Counted from the first letter of the stretch, positions 41,430 through 56,652 are shown. The stretch: 64,000 nucleotides of DNA from Octopus vulgaris (GCA_951406725.2 OX597823.1:72106001-72170000), one strand, 5' to 3'. Numbers and translations: made by a program. The notes: generated from the letters alone by a model not told the origin.

Positions 41430-42354
41430 AATAACACAGAAATTTAGAATTGACAAACAATTATGCAAAAGACTTAAACCTGTGTATTCACAATTATACA
41501 TCACATCAAATTGGTCAGATATATACACAGATTAATGCAAACTCATATTCATAATATATATACGGACGCACATCAGCTTTCTAATTTAGACAGGACAAGA
41601 ACTCAACAAGCCAAGTGCCGTTTCACACCTTCAGACTGCAAAATAGGGATATTTAAATTACGTTGATATATAGAGTTAATAGAGCGATAAAGACCGGTGA
41701 TGTTGAAATCTAGTTGAAGTGGATCTAGTAATGAAACTGAAAAGGTAAGTGAGATTTATGAGAAAGATAGAGGGATGCTGATTCCAACGATTTCTTCATA
41801 CAAAATGAAATGAAAAGTTGAAAGTGAAAAGCTGAAATAATTAGTATGTATGTAGTGGAGCAAATCTATTCAGTACCGGCAATTAGTGATTTTACAGAGA
41901 GATCATAGACATATAACAAAATTGTAAGCGTTTCGCTCAACTATTCAAATACACATACACACACAGGCATGCACACATACACACACACACAGCGAGACGT
42001 AAATGCAAACATTTACACGCTCAGATGTACACATACATTGACACAGAGAGAGCACATCACTGCACTTCTGAATTTACAAGTAGTCCTCTTCCTTTTCTTT
42101 CTTCTCAAAGGTGACATCTTCATACTTGAGCAGAGTACAGAAATCAATAATGGAACTTTGTAAAAGCAGTAGGAAGGTACCACCTTGTTTATTGATTCAT
42201 CTTACATATTTCACTATCAGCAAGCTCAAGGCTGAATTTTTCTTTTTCTTTTTCTTTTTCTTTGTATATTTGTTAGAATATTTGTCAAATACATATACAA
42301 AAAGAATTTTTAAATGTAAATTTTGTCTTATTTTTTTGCTTTACAAATATAACA

Positions 42355-42388
<34 letters not shown>

Positions 42389-42450
42389 GTAAATATGTAT
42401 GTGTGTGTACATCATATACATACATACATATTTGTATATATAAATACACA

Positions 42451-42501
<51 letters not shown>

Positions 42502-42656
42502 GTGTATGTATGAATGTGTGCACATTTTTGTATATGTATATACGTGTACGAGGCCCATCTTGTATAAAATTGCTTCTCTCTGTGTTACTATGTATAGGCA
42601 TGAGAATTATTTTGCTGCTGTATTTGTACATGCATATTTGTTTCTATGTGCTCACA

Positions 42657-42711
<55 letters not shown>

Positions 42712-43454
42712 TAAACACACGCTAACAGACAGTTACATACACACATACACGCGCACATACACTGCCCTATGAAATCATTATTGAAATAATTTCATTCTTT
42801 CGGGATCGATAAATCAAGTACCACTGGCCCCCACCCCCAAAAGTTTGGGCCACGTGCCTCGAGTAGAAAAGAATAATATCTGATATTACAGAGTGGCAGA
42901 GACACAGAGATATTATTACTAACCTATATGTCTCGATTGACCCTTTACAATTTAGTAGATTTCTATTGACAATTAAACGAAACATGCATTGTTTAAATTC
43001 ATTTAATGCTTTTTGCTTATTCTATTGTTGTATTTGCTTGATTCTTACATATTGACAACTTATAGTCATGCACTTTAATATCAGTAGCCAATTCATATAC
43101 AAATATGAGATGAACAGTGAAAATTCTAAGTGTTTATGGGACAAATAATCACATGAAAATTAAGCTTGCTTGGTATAGGTGTGTAATAGGCTTTTATCCC
43201 GTTTTCTTTTGTTTTCAGGCGCTTTTTGTTTTATTTTTACTTGTGATGTTAAGTTACATTTGTTCTGTGAAAATATATGGAATATTTTGACTCTATAGCC
43301 ACGCTGAATAGACAAATGTATTTCGCAGATTGACAAGTAGCTGTAATTTTGAAGATACGAAAAGGAATTCCAGTTGTCTTCTTGCTTCTGTTCATCAAAA
43401 CTTCCTAGACAATAATAATTCATTTAAATACGTATCTAAATTTCTAAATGATTC

Positions 43455-43590
43455 CCGGACCAGGCTGTATGTTGTGTTCTTGAGAAAGACACTTTAACTT
43501 CACGTTGCTCCAGTTCACTCAGCTGTAGAAATGAGTTGCAACGTCACTGGTGCCAAACTGTACAGGCCGTTGCTTTTTCCTTGGATAATA
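43455..43590 (+). mobile_element. Family C SINE fragment
   Basis: gttgtgttcttgagaaagacactt...cacgttgctccagttcactcagctgtagaaatgagttg; reverse complement of 54600-54700. Confidence 0.75.
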
Positions 43591-43894
43591 CACACACATA
43601 TGTACCAGGGCTGTTGCTAAATCCCTGCAAACCCTGTGGTCGCAGGGAGGCCTCTGCGGTTGAGGGGTCTCACGTTAAGATCAAAGTACATAGATGAGCC
43701 ATCTATTTACTTTGGTTAAGATGCTAACAGAAAATTTCCAGCCAGACGAAGAAAAAGATACGCGGTGTACTGTAAATAAATTTAAAAGAAACGAGAACAG
43801 TAAAAGAAACGAAAACAGCGAATTCCCTAGGCAGATAAAAGAAAAACGAAAGAAATCTCAAACAATGAAAATAAGAACAACTTAAACAGAAAAG

Positions 43895-44530
43895 ACAAGC
43901 TGATAGAGCCGCTAGATCACAGGACAAAATGCAAAGTGGCATATTCTCCGTCTTTACATCCTGGAATCAAATTCTGTCATACATCATGCCTTACATCATT
44001 TTAGGGTCGATAAAATAAGAACGATTGAAGCACTGGGCTTGATGTAGTCAACTAGCTCCCTCGCCTAAACACTGTTGGCCCTGTGTCAAAATTTAAAAAC
44101 ATTATATTAGTAATGTCTCCATCAGAGGAGGTCTTCAGTATTTAAGGCGGCGAGATGCTAGGATCGTTAGCAAGTTGAATAAAATATTTAACGATATCAT
44201 TTTCGGCTTGGTACGTTCTGAGTTCAAATACTACCGAGGTCAGCTTTGTTTTTTATTCTTTATCAAGCGACAAAATAAAGCACCAGTTAGATATGGGGTC
44301 ATGCTGGCCTTGTGCCAAAATTTGAAACAATTATTGGATAATTAGTTTTTGTGTATCACCTTTATTCTATGTGGAACACATGGCTTAATACTTAAGATGT
44401 TGGACTCATGATCGTAAGACACGTTTTATTCATGAGCAAAACACTTCACTTCACGTTGCTCAGATCCACTCAGCTGGTAAGCTTTAGCAATCCTGCAACT
44501 TACATACGTAAGAGAAACCAAGTAACTGGT
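43895..44530 (+). mobile_element. Two degenerate family B SINEs followed by a family C fragment
   Basis: gggtcgataaaataag, aaggcggcgag...gttctgagttcaaat, gctggccttgtgccaaaatttgaaac; then gagcaaaacacttcacttcacgttgctc. Confidence 0.65.
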
Positions 44531-44779
44531 CCTATACTTCTTAAAGAGTATTGTGGACGAACCGACCTTTAATGTATAAATGAATCACAAAATGTGGCAG
44601 TAATAGCCAATGCGGAGAATTCTAGGGTAAGCAGATTTATGCTTAATGCTCCGACGCAGTTACATAGCAGTAAACAGAAATATACGCAGTTAACAGAAAT
44701 GAAATTAGACAAACTGATGTCTACTAAGCAGGAGCAGTTAATAAAGAAAAGCGACTTTGATCCGTTAGTTCATCGTTTA

Positions 44780-45250
44780 TTGTTTCTTGTTTACTTGCTT
44801 CAGTCATTGAAATTCGGCCATGATAGGGCACTTCTTCGAAATATTTTAGTCGAATATGTCAGCCCCAGTACTTACTTTTTTTGCGCTTGATATTTACTGT
44901 ATCGTTAAATTTGCCGAACCACTAAGTTACGGCGACGTAAACAGACCAACAGCGGTTGTCAAGCGGTCTGGGGGACAAACACAGACACAAAGACTCAAAC
45001 ATAGATGTACACATATTTACATACCTTCACACAGACACACTCACACACACATACTCACCACACACGCACACACACACACACACACACTCATACACACACA
45101 TATTTACGACGGGCTTCTTTCAGCTTCCGTTCAGCAAATCCACTCGGTCCAAGACTATAGTAGGTCACTTGTCCAAGGTGCCTGACAGTGGAACTCAATG
45201 CAGAACTATGTGGGTGGAAAGCAAATTTCTTACCACACAACCACTTCTGA
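44780..45250 (-). mobile_element. Family A SINE, diverged
   Basis: tttgccgaaccactaagttacgg...gggggacaaacacag...gacgggcttctttcag...cttaccacaca. Confidence 0.8.
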
Positions 45251-46367
45251 ATACGTCAACAGATACTGTATTGTCATATTCCTGTTATATACAAAAAGAA
45301 AATGTCTATCGTTGTGTGATTGTTGAAAATGCCTGTCCTGAGTTTTTACACTGACTACTGAAATCTATATGAAAACACTGTCCATTTCAACTACGAATTA
45401 CTCTCAAATTACTTCACCTTATATGAGGCATATGATGAAAATTTGTCTGATTCTCACTGAAATATTTACGTTGCTTTTAATTAAAGTAAATTTGTTATCA
45501 TGAAAGATGTTTGTCGCATTTGATTTCTTACTTTCCGTACATTTCTTGACATCTATCTTCACACTCATTCTTATAAAATAAGGTGAATAAGTTAGCATTT
45601 ATCATAAATATAGCAATGAAATCAAACATATTTGACATTTCTTTCTTCAAAATTATCTCCAGTGGTTCTATCTGAATTCTTTGGTTAGTTTTGTTTTATC
45701 TAATTGATTTTATTTTGAATTTTATTCGCTGGGGATGAGTAAATTTTGTGCTTATATCATTAAATAATAATAACTAAATTAATAATTAAATGAAAACAAC
45801 AAATATATCAGCAGAAGTCTATATTAAATTTAAGATGTCAACTTTTTTATGACTTTCATTTTTCATTAAAATCTAATTAGAAATCCATCTCGAAACTGCA
45901 ATAATTTTCGTTTGTCCACTTCATAACCTTATTATTCACAAAGTGACTTGTCATATTTTAGTTTTGTTTTGGTATCTCTTGATGTATTCTTAGCTTTTTT
46001 TTTTTTTCAATGCAAGAGTAAATTTAGAATCACATAAAGAGTGAAATACGCATCTATATTTCTGGAGAAAGTGACTTCAACAAAAATGTGTTAACAACAT
46101 TTACACCGTGCAATAAATCTGCTTTCAAAATGACGGCAACAAGAATAATAGAGAAAAAAAATGGCGTCGGATATAATTTGTAAATTAATAATAAGGAAGT
46201 CAGGAAGTGTCTTGAGAAAAAATATAATGAAACTTATGGAAGCAATATCAACCACGAAGAAAACATCTGCAGGGACAGCTAAATGTGCAACGAATATAAT
46301 TAGGGTAAGACGATCAAATTTAATCCCCAACGCATAAAGACACACACTCACACGCATATACGCACAT

Positions 46368-46456
46368 ATGGCATATTATAGACGGTATAATCGCACGAAC
46401 ATGGCATATTATAGACGGTATCATTGCGCAAACATGGCGTATAGACGGCATAATCG
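46368..46456. repeat. 33-bp minisatellite, about 2.7 copies
   Basis: ATGGCATATTATAGACGGTATAATCGCACGAAC at 46368, variants at 46401 and 46434. Confidence 0.8.
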
Positions 46457-46883
46457 TTTGCCACCACTATATCATATTAAGACCTCCTTCTGTCTCACAG
46501 TTATGACAATGTTCTAATTTCGCAGAGTATATTGTCTTCAGGATCTACTCATCTAAATAAACTTAATAACCTTCTGTCGTTACAAGGTCGCGCATTCAAA
46601 ATTAAGCGTTTTATTCAAGGCAACTGCATAAAGGTTGCAAAACTAAAAAAAAAAAAGAAAAGAAACATACACATGCTAAAAATGCTGAAATTCGTTTAAA
46701 GACCACATTGTATTGTCTTAAAAAGTGGAATGCCAAGCAGCACAATGTGCTGCTGAAAAAGAATAATGCCTGAAATGGAAAATAACATTGATACATCTGG
46801 AACCTATCTAATCAGAATTCCAAAATCTCAAAGAACAATAGACTACATACATACATACATACATACATACATACATACATACA

Positions 46884-46914
<31 letters not shown>

Positions 46915-47746
46915 GTGCATGCATCCCTACATTCATACATAGATACATGGCCCAAAATCTGTTTGCAGTACCAGTACTCATACTAACATTTGGACTGCTT
47001 GAATGGACGCTTGGTGAGATCCGAGCCAATGATGTGAAAGCCCGAAAGGAATGTTACAGGTATCTAAGAGTGGATGAAAATATATCTTACAATGGCACCT
47101 GTAACAAGACCCGTTTCAACAAAGGATAGTACAGCCGAATAAAGAAAATTTAGACCTCAGAACTATCTGCATTCAATAAAATAGTGGCCCACAATGTGTT
47201 TGCAGCTATTGATGTGAAAATCTGAAAAATACTAACAAGCACACATAAATTCCTTATAAACAGTGATTTAGACTGCTTCGAACTAAAACGAGAACAAGGT
47301 GGAAGTGGGTTAGCATTGATCCAAATTGTCTTTTGATGTTGCATCATCCTTTCACCTGATGAGTTATGTGATCTCTTTCATAGACTTACACCTGTTGTTT
47401 TCCATATGAAAACGTGCACCCAGAACTTTCATGCAGATCATAACTTCCCCGGAGCTATATAAATGATGTGCGTGTGTGTTTTTAAATGATTTCCATAATA
47501 AAGGTACCTCTTCAAAATGGCTCCCAGCAAACTGTCAAATTCTGTTTGAGCACTCAGCCCTGATTGCACACTTATTTATGGAAAAAACAGCGGTGCGTTT
47601 ATTAAAGTGATTACGTAAGTCTAGTTCTTATGTCATTCATAAATTCGAACCTCATTGTTTACTATAAAGAATGAGCATACTGATTTCTTTCTACTGGTAT
47701 ACATATGTACATACATAAATATATACATACATACTTACATATGTGC

Positions 47747-47888
47747 TAAGTAGATTGCTTACCAACCACATGGTTCCGAGTTCAGTCCGACTGCGTGGCA
47801 CCTTGGGCAAGTCTCTTCCACTATAGCCTCGGGCCGACCAAAGCCTTATGAGTGAATTTGGTAGACGGAAACTGAAAGAAGCCCGTCG

Positions 47889-47924
<36 letters not shown>

Positions 47925-48149
47925 GTGTGTGTGTATACGTTTGTGTGTCTGTGTTTGTCCCCCCAACATCGCTTGACAACAGATGCTGGTGTGTTTACGT
48001 CCCCGTAACTTAGCGGTTCGGCAAAAGTGAGAGATAGAATAAGTACTAGGCTTACAACGAATAAGTCCTGGGGTCGATTTGCTCGACTAAAGGCGGTGCT
48101 CCAGCATGGCCGCAATCAAATGACTGAAGCAAGTAAAAGAGTAAAAGAG

Positions 48150-48150
<1 letters not shown>
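47747..48150 (+). mobile_element. Family A SINE (slightly 5'-truncated)
   Basis: High similarity to 4866-5249. Confidence 0.9.
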
Positions 48151-48195
<45 letters not shown>

Positions 48196-48949
48196 AAAAG
48201 AATTGAGATAAAATTAAAATAATTATAATCGCTGGTATTTCTAACACAAGCCATATATTTTCCATATATCAGTACATTAAGGCGAAATATGTGCTAGGAA
48301 CACAGAAGCTAGATAAATTTAGTGAAATGAAGATAAAAACATTTACTAACTCTGTTACTCTCAGACTGCAGTTTCTTTTTTTCAGCAATAAAAATAATTT
48401 ATTTGCTCAGGGAGAATTCATCAGTAAGAGCCCTGTTGTTCTGAGATCCTAACTCACTAGAAGCATGTGCTTCTAATGATTTACTCTCTCTAACTATATA
48501 TATAAATTCAGCAAAAACAATTAAGATTCAAGCGAATTCCAATGAATTCAAATGAATATGGTACTTAACTTAGATGCACCAGAATTCTTTACGATATTAA
48601 CCATAAAATAATGTGGGGTGATTACAACCAAGAAAAAAGCAACAAGAATGGATTAGTAGTTTAGTACAATTGTTTCATACTAAGAGCAATTTTATTTGAA
48701 GCCGCAAATATTGCAGCAAATACAAATGTCCAGTATTCATCAGCTAAATCACATATATGTTTTCCAAACATCCTAGAGGGTTTGATTATCCTCATGAAGT
48801 ATTAGGAGTGAGTTCTATGAAATTTACAGTCAAATTATAAGCAGACTTAAAATGCTTTCTAATGATGCACAGTTTTATAAAAAGTTTTTAAAAAGATTGT
48901 TAACTTCCCAGAGAAGGTGAATCCATCCATAAAAATGTTTTTTTCTTGG

Positions 48950-49954
<1,005 letters not shown>

Positions 49955-52129
49955 AGGAGAGACAGTGACAGAGGGAGTAAGAATGGGCAGGTGAGATGGA
50001 GTTGCTCAGATTGATAAGTGGAATCTTTAGACGTCTCTTCATAATCTTGTGTATGTAAACTCTGTATCAGGCCCACATACATAAATGCATACACGTACGC
50101 ACGCGCGTGTACGCACATACGCACGCATGTAGATACACATACGCACATGCACACCGTGTGTATGAGTGTGTGTATATGTGAGTGTTGTGAGAAAGAAACA
50201 AAATGTTAAGAAACAAACAGCAGAGAAAGCGAGAGACATACAACTATATTTATGTAAATAATATTTTATTTATAAGCTACACACAAAAACACACACTTAT
50301 AAAAAAAAGAATGCGAATATATTCGTTTAAAAGTAAGCATACTCTTTTGCATCCATATATACAACTGTGCGTATCTTTATAGCTTTTTATCAGAAGCCTA
50401 TCCTCTGTCTCTCTCTTTTTTTCTCTTTTTACTCAGCCATCTTTGTGTTCATGCATATGCATAGATTTGACTTTCTATAAAGAATCTTTAATTATTTCTC
50501 TGTAAGTGTATGGAAACAATGTATCTTAGAGGCATTGAGAAAAGTTTTATACAGAAACGTTAATATATCTGTCTTGGTCGTGTAATAATCCACGCCACGA
50601 ATACTCGACTCCAATATATGATACATATTTTAGTTCTACGCTGATCTCTTATGGTTGGTTGAGGTTATTAAACAAAATATTGCTATGGCAACTGCATAAT
50701 AACTAGTAAGAGACAGTCTATATTGTCACACAAACTACATAAGCAAACTAACTGAGTATTACTTACTGTAAGGCGACCACGTTCATCAATTCTGCAATAT
50801 AAAACAATTTGATTACGATGTACAGCAACTGAAAAAAATCGGCAGAAATGCTTATTGTGATCACCCGAACTAAGCTGTTATCATATAAAGAGCATACTAT
50901 TTTTTATACTAGGCATGAGAACTAGTGCCTATGTGTCTGTGTGTGTGTGTGCATGTGTGTGTGTGTTTCAGTATGTGTATAAATATATGTTCACAAACAC
51001 AAACATACAACTCACACACATGCACGCGCACGCACTTATAGGCAGAATCATATCCCTGTGTTTCACTATGCAAAATACATGGTTTGGGGCTTAATTCCAA
51101 TGCATTGCGTCTTGTAAGCTCAGGTAGGCCTTTGAAGTTTAAGCAGCGTTTGGTTGACAGTTGAATGATGCTACATATTATAAGATCGATCTTGTAAGAG
51201 CCTGAATATAGGTCGATGATCCCACATATAAATAACAGCCAATGTGGTCAGGAGGTCAGGAGCTTTCTATGATTTGACGAGGATTTGGTGGCCATAATTC
51301 TTCAGGCATTTAGAGACCATCACCTCGCTCATTTAGGTCAATGATTCGAATGTTATCTTAGATAATCAACTCGATGGTGAGACGATGTGAGATTGTAGCT
51401 CTGAATAAAAAAAACAGGACAAAACACCAAAGACCTGGTTTCAGGGAATGCTGTTGATCTAAAAAAAAGTCTATAATATCATAAAACGCAACAGTGACAC
51501 AGATTCAAGCGACAGCAAACCATTCCTGATCGAAAACGATCTGTAAGGACAAAACAATTGGTGGATGTACAAGGCAGTTTTCTTTCTATCCTATGATCTA
51601 AGGAATTAAACTGATAAATAATAGCTAGCCTGTGTAGTTATGTTAAAAATTGATTAAAGCAATATTTTTTTTCAAAAAGAAAATTTAAAAAGAAGCTAAT
51701 AATATTGCATGTTACTGTGATTGGAGATGTAAAAACTGCTTACCAAGATTTCAAGCTTAAATAGAATTACATGATATTGATTATATAAATCAATGAAGAT
51801 TCGTCTACGAATTGACAGTCCCAAAAATAAGTCAGTGAACACTGATACCAAAATATATATATAGATAAGGATGTATAACCTCTCAGCACTAATCAAGTGT
51901 ATTCATACAAATAGAAAGACATTCAATACATGTATCAATACTGAAGTCAATAAACACGCAGAGAAAGGCGGTGCTTATTAAATCACATATATGCTCATGT
52001 CTGGTTCTGTCATAGGAAAGGTAAACCCTGTAAGAAAAATTACCATAATGTAAAATAATATTATTTCTTTTTAATCTTTGATGTATTTTAGTATAGGAGA
52101 TCCTCTACATGTGCTCTAGAACATGTAAC

Positions 52130-52175
<46 letters not shown>

Positions 52176-52615
52176 AAAAAGATTGACGTAACTCTTCACA
52201 AATAAGACGAAGAGCGCGATTCGATTGTAAGATATTTTATTTGAAAATGATCTCATTTCACTCCTCTGGAGGGCCAATTTCTATTTCAAGATCTTTATAC
52301 TTGCTCAGTTTTTGGTAGGTTATGACAGATACATTCATGTCGATTGGGAGAGTCATAGTAAAGCGGAGGAATGATTTTTGTCTGAAGTCTTTCAATATAT
52401 CAGAAATATTAAATTTCTAAATATCTCATAGAGATATGTACGGTGGTGGGGCGATAGAGTGGTTGTGTACTGTCAACTTAACGTGACAGTAGGGGATTAC
52501 ACCACCGCTGTTTAGCCCTAGGAAGCATCGACGCTTCCTGTCGGCTTCGACACATTTCCTGTGTCCTTATATATTTACGAAGGGGAGACAAATACCCCCA
52601 ACAGCTAGGCCTGCA

Positions 52616-52662
52616 TCTAGAGACACGCATGTTTCAGGGTCTTTGCCCATCATCGGTCTAGA
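52616..52662 (-). ncRNA. Type I hammerhead ribozyme motif (left arm)
   Basis: TCTAGA-CCGATGA-TGGGCAAAGACCCT-GAAACATGCGTGTC-TCTAGA; distal stem I CTGC/GCAG; GUC triplet. Confidence 0.7.
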
Positions 52663-52763
52663 GTAGCAGAAGTCTGGTGATCAGTGAATAAACTTCACTG
52701 AAAATTAGATATATATATTTACGAAGTCGAGACAGATATCTTCAAGTACCAGGCTTCTGATAC

Positions 52764-52810
52764 TCTAGATCGATGATGGGCAAAGACCCTGAAACATGCG
52801 TGTCTCTAGA
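52764..52810 (+). ncRNA. Hammerhead motif (right arm), core C3 mutated to T
   Basis: Same as left arm but core reads TCGATGA; probably impaired. Confidence 0.55.
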
Positions 52811-53194
52811 TGCAGGCCTAGCTGTTGGGAGTATTTGTCTCCCCTTCGTAAATATATAAGGACACGGGAAATGTGTCGAAGCCGACAGGAAGCGTCGATG
52901 CTTCCTAGGGCTAAATAGTGGTGGTGTAATCCCCTACTGTCACGTTAAATTGACAGTACACAACCACTCTTTCAATATAATGTCTGGCCTATTCGCATCT
53001 ATCTTTCTGTCAGTTTGAACGGTGAAGTTCCAGAAGAGTGAGATGTGACCATTTTCAAACACTGGAGGTGGTTTGTGTTCCCACCAGGTTTTACCATGGT
53101 CCAGGCTTTTGCAAATTACTCAGAGAATATACTGTGTTGCTCTATCATGCTGCACATGAAGACATGATCATTGGTTTCATTTCTTCTTCTTCTT

Positions 53195-53274
<80 letters not shown>

Positions 53275-53743
53275 CGTTAGCACACCGGGCAAAATGCGTG
53301 GCGACATTTCGTCCAACTTCGCGTTTTGAGGTCTAATGTCGATCTCGCTGACATTCGAAGCTTATTAAGAAGGAATAATTAAAATAATTAAAATTAATAA
53401 AATTAAAATACAATTATTAGAATTTATTATTTAGGACTAAAATTAGATGATATAATATATAATAACTAAATACTACCTCTTTCATTACTAGATAAACCAG
53501 CACTACACTAGAATCAATAAGTAACTCTAGATACATATAGTAGTACTCATACATCCAAGTGAACACAGTGGATTTTCAGTCCCTGCAAGCTCGGTGGTGA
53601 GTTGGATTGCCGTCAATGTTCCATGTAAACTGTTGTAATTCAACACTTGCAGCAAAAATATAGTCAAGGGGATAGTCAATATTCTAGAGGGCAAGTGCAA
53701 GAGATAGTAGTTAGTCTGGAGTTGGGACGAACTGCTTGAGTGA

Positions 53744-53811
<68 letters not shown>

Positions 53812-53816
53812 GTTAG

Positions 53817-54796
53817 TAAGTTTGTTTGCCTGATAAACTCTTTCGTTTTTGCAATGTTATTTGAAATAACATGACAACTACATTTTCTCGTCTTATTCAA
53901 GGAAGCTCTATCTCCCCCCACCCCACCCCGCGAAGCTTTATCTTTCCTTTGCAACTTTTAGTTATCGTTTTTGAAGTTCGAATAAATTTTGCATGTTCAC
54001 AGGCTAGTGGATGGAATGTGAGGTAGGAAAAAAATGAGAAGTTCTAACACCTGCTACTCTTCGCTTTGATTCAACGTTCCAAATCTGCCTTAGTCGCTCG
54101 AGACATTTGCGATGTGTACAGAGAAGGCGCTATTTCGGAAAGATCAGTACATATATGATGTTCGTGATTCAAGGAAGGAAAATTCGGCCTCACAGATTCA
54201 CCGTACTCCGGCCGATCTGTTTAGTTTAATCCATAAATTGCAGACATCCTCAATTGGTTTTGCATTAGAAAACAGCAAACATCATCAATCGATGTTTCAA
54301 AAATTTCACATATTTCGCAAATGTCACAAATTTCAAATATTTTACTGCACTTTTTTGATAACGAGATTGTAATTTTTTATCGTTCGAGAGACTAACAGTT
54401 ATAGATTTTGTACTAAATTGTAGGGAAATTAAAAATAAAAATTGCACTTAAGACATATATATATATATATTGCACCTAGAATGTTACCCTCCTAGGCACA
54501 AGTCCGGGCAAAGTTGTTTATAGAAGACCAGTAGTCGCCCATGCATACCGGCCTCCCCTCTCCATGCCACCAGTATTATCCAAAGGATTGGCAACAGCAG
54601 ATACAGCTTCGCACCTGTGATGTCACAACTCCTTTCTACAGCTGAGTAAACTGGAGCAACGTGAAATAAAGTGTCTTGCTCAAGAACACAACACGCAGCC
54701 CGGTCCGGGATTCGAACTCAGAACTTCACGATCGTAAGCTCGACGCACTAACCACTCAGCCATGTGCTTTCACACACACACACACATACACACACA

Positions 54797-54833
<37 letters not shown>

Positions 54834-54844
54834 TTATATATTTT

Positions 54845-54892
<48 letters not shown>

Positions 54893-55410
54893 CACACATA
54901 TATATGTGTATATATATATATGAGGATCTATTGAAGGAGCTCATCCATGAGTATTCGCGTCACTCCACGAGGGAACTGGCTCTGCAAGATGGAATGCTCT
55001 CATGATACCCTCACCCGTCACCTTCATACACAGTGTGACATGGTGTGTTTCTGTCAACACGACTGCATTCGCTTCCATGTCGCAAATTTGAAATAGAATG
55101 TCATTCAAGAGGCTAGCCGGGGAGTTCTATTACACCCATCGTATTTCCCAAATGTAACACCTTCAGATCTTTATCTTTTCCAGTTGTTTCCCATCAGCAA
55201 CGACGTGGAGCTGAAACGTGGATCAATGAATTCTTCAAATCAAAACCTGATCATTTCTACTGTCAAGGCATTGACAAGCTTGAAGATCGTTGACAAGAAA
55301 TCATGAATAATGAAAGAGAATACATTATTGACTGATCTATTAATATTGTTGATAAAAGGTTAAGATTTAAATAAATATAAAAACGAACGAATTTATTTGA
55401 CAATCCGATT
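53817..55410 (+). mobile_element. Decayed, internally deleted mariner element interrupted by a SINE and microsatellite
   Basis: From 54011 MECEVGKNEKF*HLLLFA...ARDICDVYREG..SERSV...FKEGKFGLTDSPYSGR (HTH region); STRELA at ~54964; HPSYFPNVTPSDLYLF (cf. YSPDLAPSD); C-terminus ..FYCQGIDKLEDR*QEIMNNEREYIID*; TIR-like ends. Confidence 0.8.
54475..54770 (-). mobile_element. Family C SINE
   Basis: cagctgagtaaactggagcaacgtgaaataaagtgtcttgctcaagaacacaac...ggattcgaactc...taaccactcagcca (A/B boxes on the minus strand). Confidence 0.85.
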
Positions 55411-56593
55411 GACAAGTATAAATTATATTACATATTTTCCGATCTTGTCATGGTCATTTAGCCACAAGCAGTAAAAAACCAAGATGTCAAACAGTTAAAC
55501 ACTTCAAAGCCATTTATAGCGGCATAACTTCATACAAATAAAAGCCGTTCTTATTCTATTTAGTCCAAACTATATCGTTAATGTTTGTAACACATTTCGG
55601 CTAAATTTTACTAATTTCTGTTCTATTTTTTTTTTTCAGTCTTTAGTTAATCTTATATCATTATGTTATAGTATTCTGTTTATTTGCTTCTAATCCTATA
55701 TCAAGTTAATTTTAATTTCATTTATATAATGTTCTCAGCACTATATGACTAATTCACTTTACTTGGTTTTTCTCTTCTACTATTCTATTATTTTTATTTC
55801 TAATCTTTTAGTCTAACCCATATCGTTAAATTGCATTTAATTTCCATTACAATATTATTCCTTCACACGATGCGACTGAATTATTTATATAATTATATTA
55901 AATTCTGTTAAATTCTGTTCTATTTATTTTTTTGATCTTTCAGTTCAAGCCATATTGTTAAATTACTATTAATTTCTATCGTTATTTTCGTCGCAGTATA
56001 AAACTAAATTATTTATACACTCCTCTTCCTCTTCCTCCTCCCTTCTCTTTCCTCATACTGAAATATAGTAAATAGATATCTCTCTTATAATTTCTCCTCC
56101 CACTTTCGTACAAAAGCATCGCATTTATACGAAAGATAAACTGCCTCCCACTCATCTCTCCTTATTCATTCCTCTCTCTCTCTCCCCCTCTCTCTCTCTG
56201 TTAGAAGAAAGTCTGTATCTCATTTTTCTGTCTCTTCATTGTGAGATGAATTAATATCTACAAAGCTGTCGGTGTACTCTCTACTTCTTATTACTGTCGT
56301 ATTTCTATTCTCTATCTTTCTTTATTCTGTTCATAAGTAAAATAGATTAAACTGAGATCATATCATAGCTACCCCTTTTCTCTCTGCTTCTTACTCTTTC
56401 TCTCCCTCCTCTCTTTCTAATCTCTCTCTCCCTTTCCTCCCCTCCCTACCGTTCCCTCTCCCATATCCCTTTCTCTCCTATCCTACTAACTTTCTCTTTC
56501 TATCCTTCTACTTCCCTCTCATCAGTGTTATAAATTAAATCGACACTTATACTCTGCCTGCTTCTTTCTTTACTCCGTTGTTGCAAATACAGA

Positions 56594-56652
<59 letters not shown>

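Larger units (their letters stand above)
52400..52970. mobile_element. Foldback element: two ~223-bp inverted arms (52456-52678, 52748-52970), each with a hammerhead motif; 12-bp TSD
   Basis: Arms are near-perfect reverse complements; TSD TCTTTCAATATA at 52388-52399 and 52968-52979. Confidence 0.9.
52277..53182 (-). pseudogene. Decayed second copy of the R4/Dong endonuclease region, split by an insertion
   Basis: 52277-52399 aligns to ~18482-18603 and 52968-53182 to ~18592-18848; (TTA)n tracts at 52128-52173 and 53223-53274. Confidence 0.85.

Noticed and set aside
46368-46456. 33-bp repeat as a CRISPR array
   Set aside because: Directly tandem, no spacers, fewer than 3 copies.
47355-47450. 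CTGATGA followed by GAAAAC as a hammerhead
   Set aside because: Stems I and III do not pair and there is no valid cleavage triplet.
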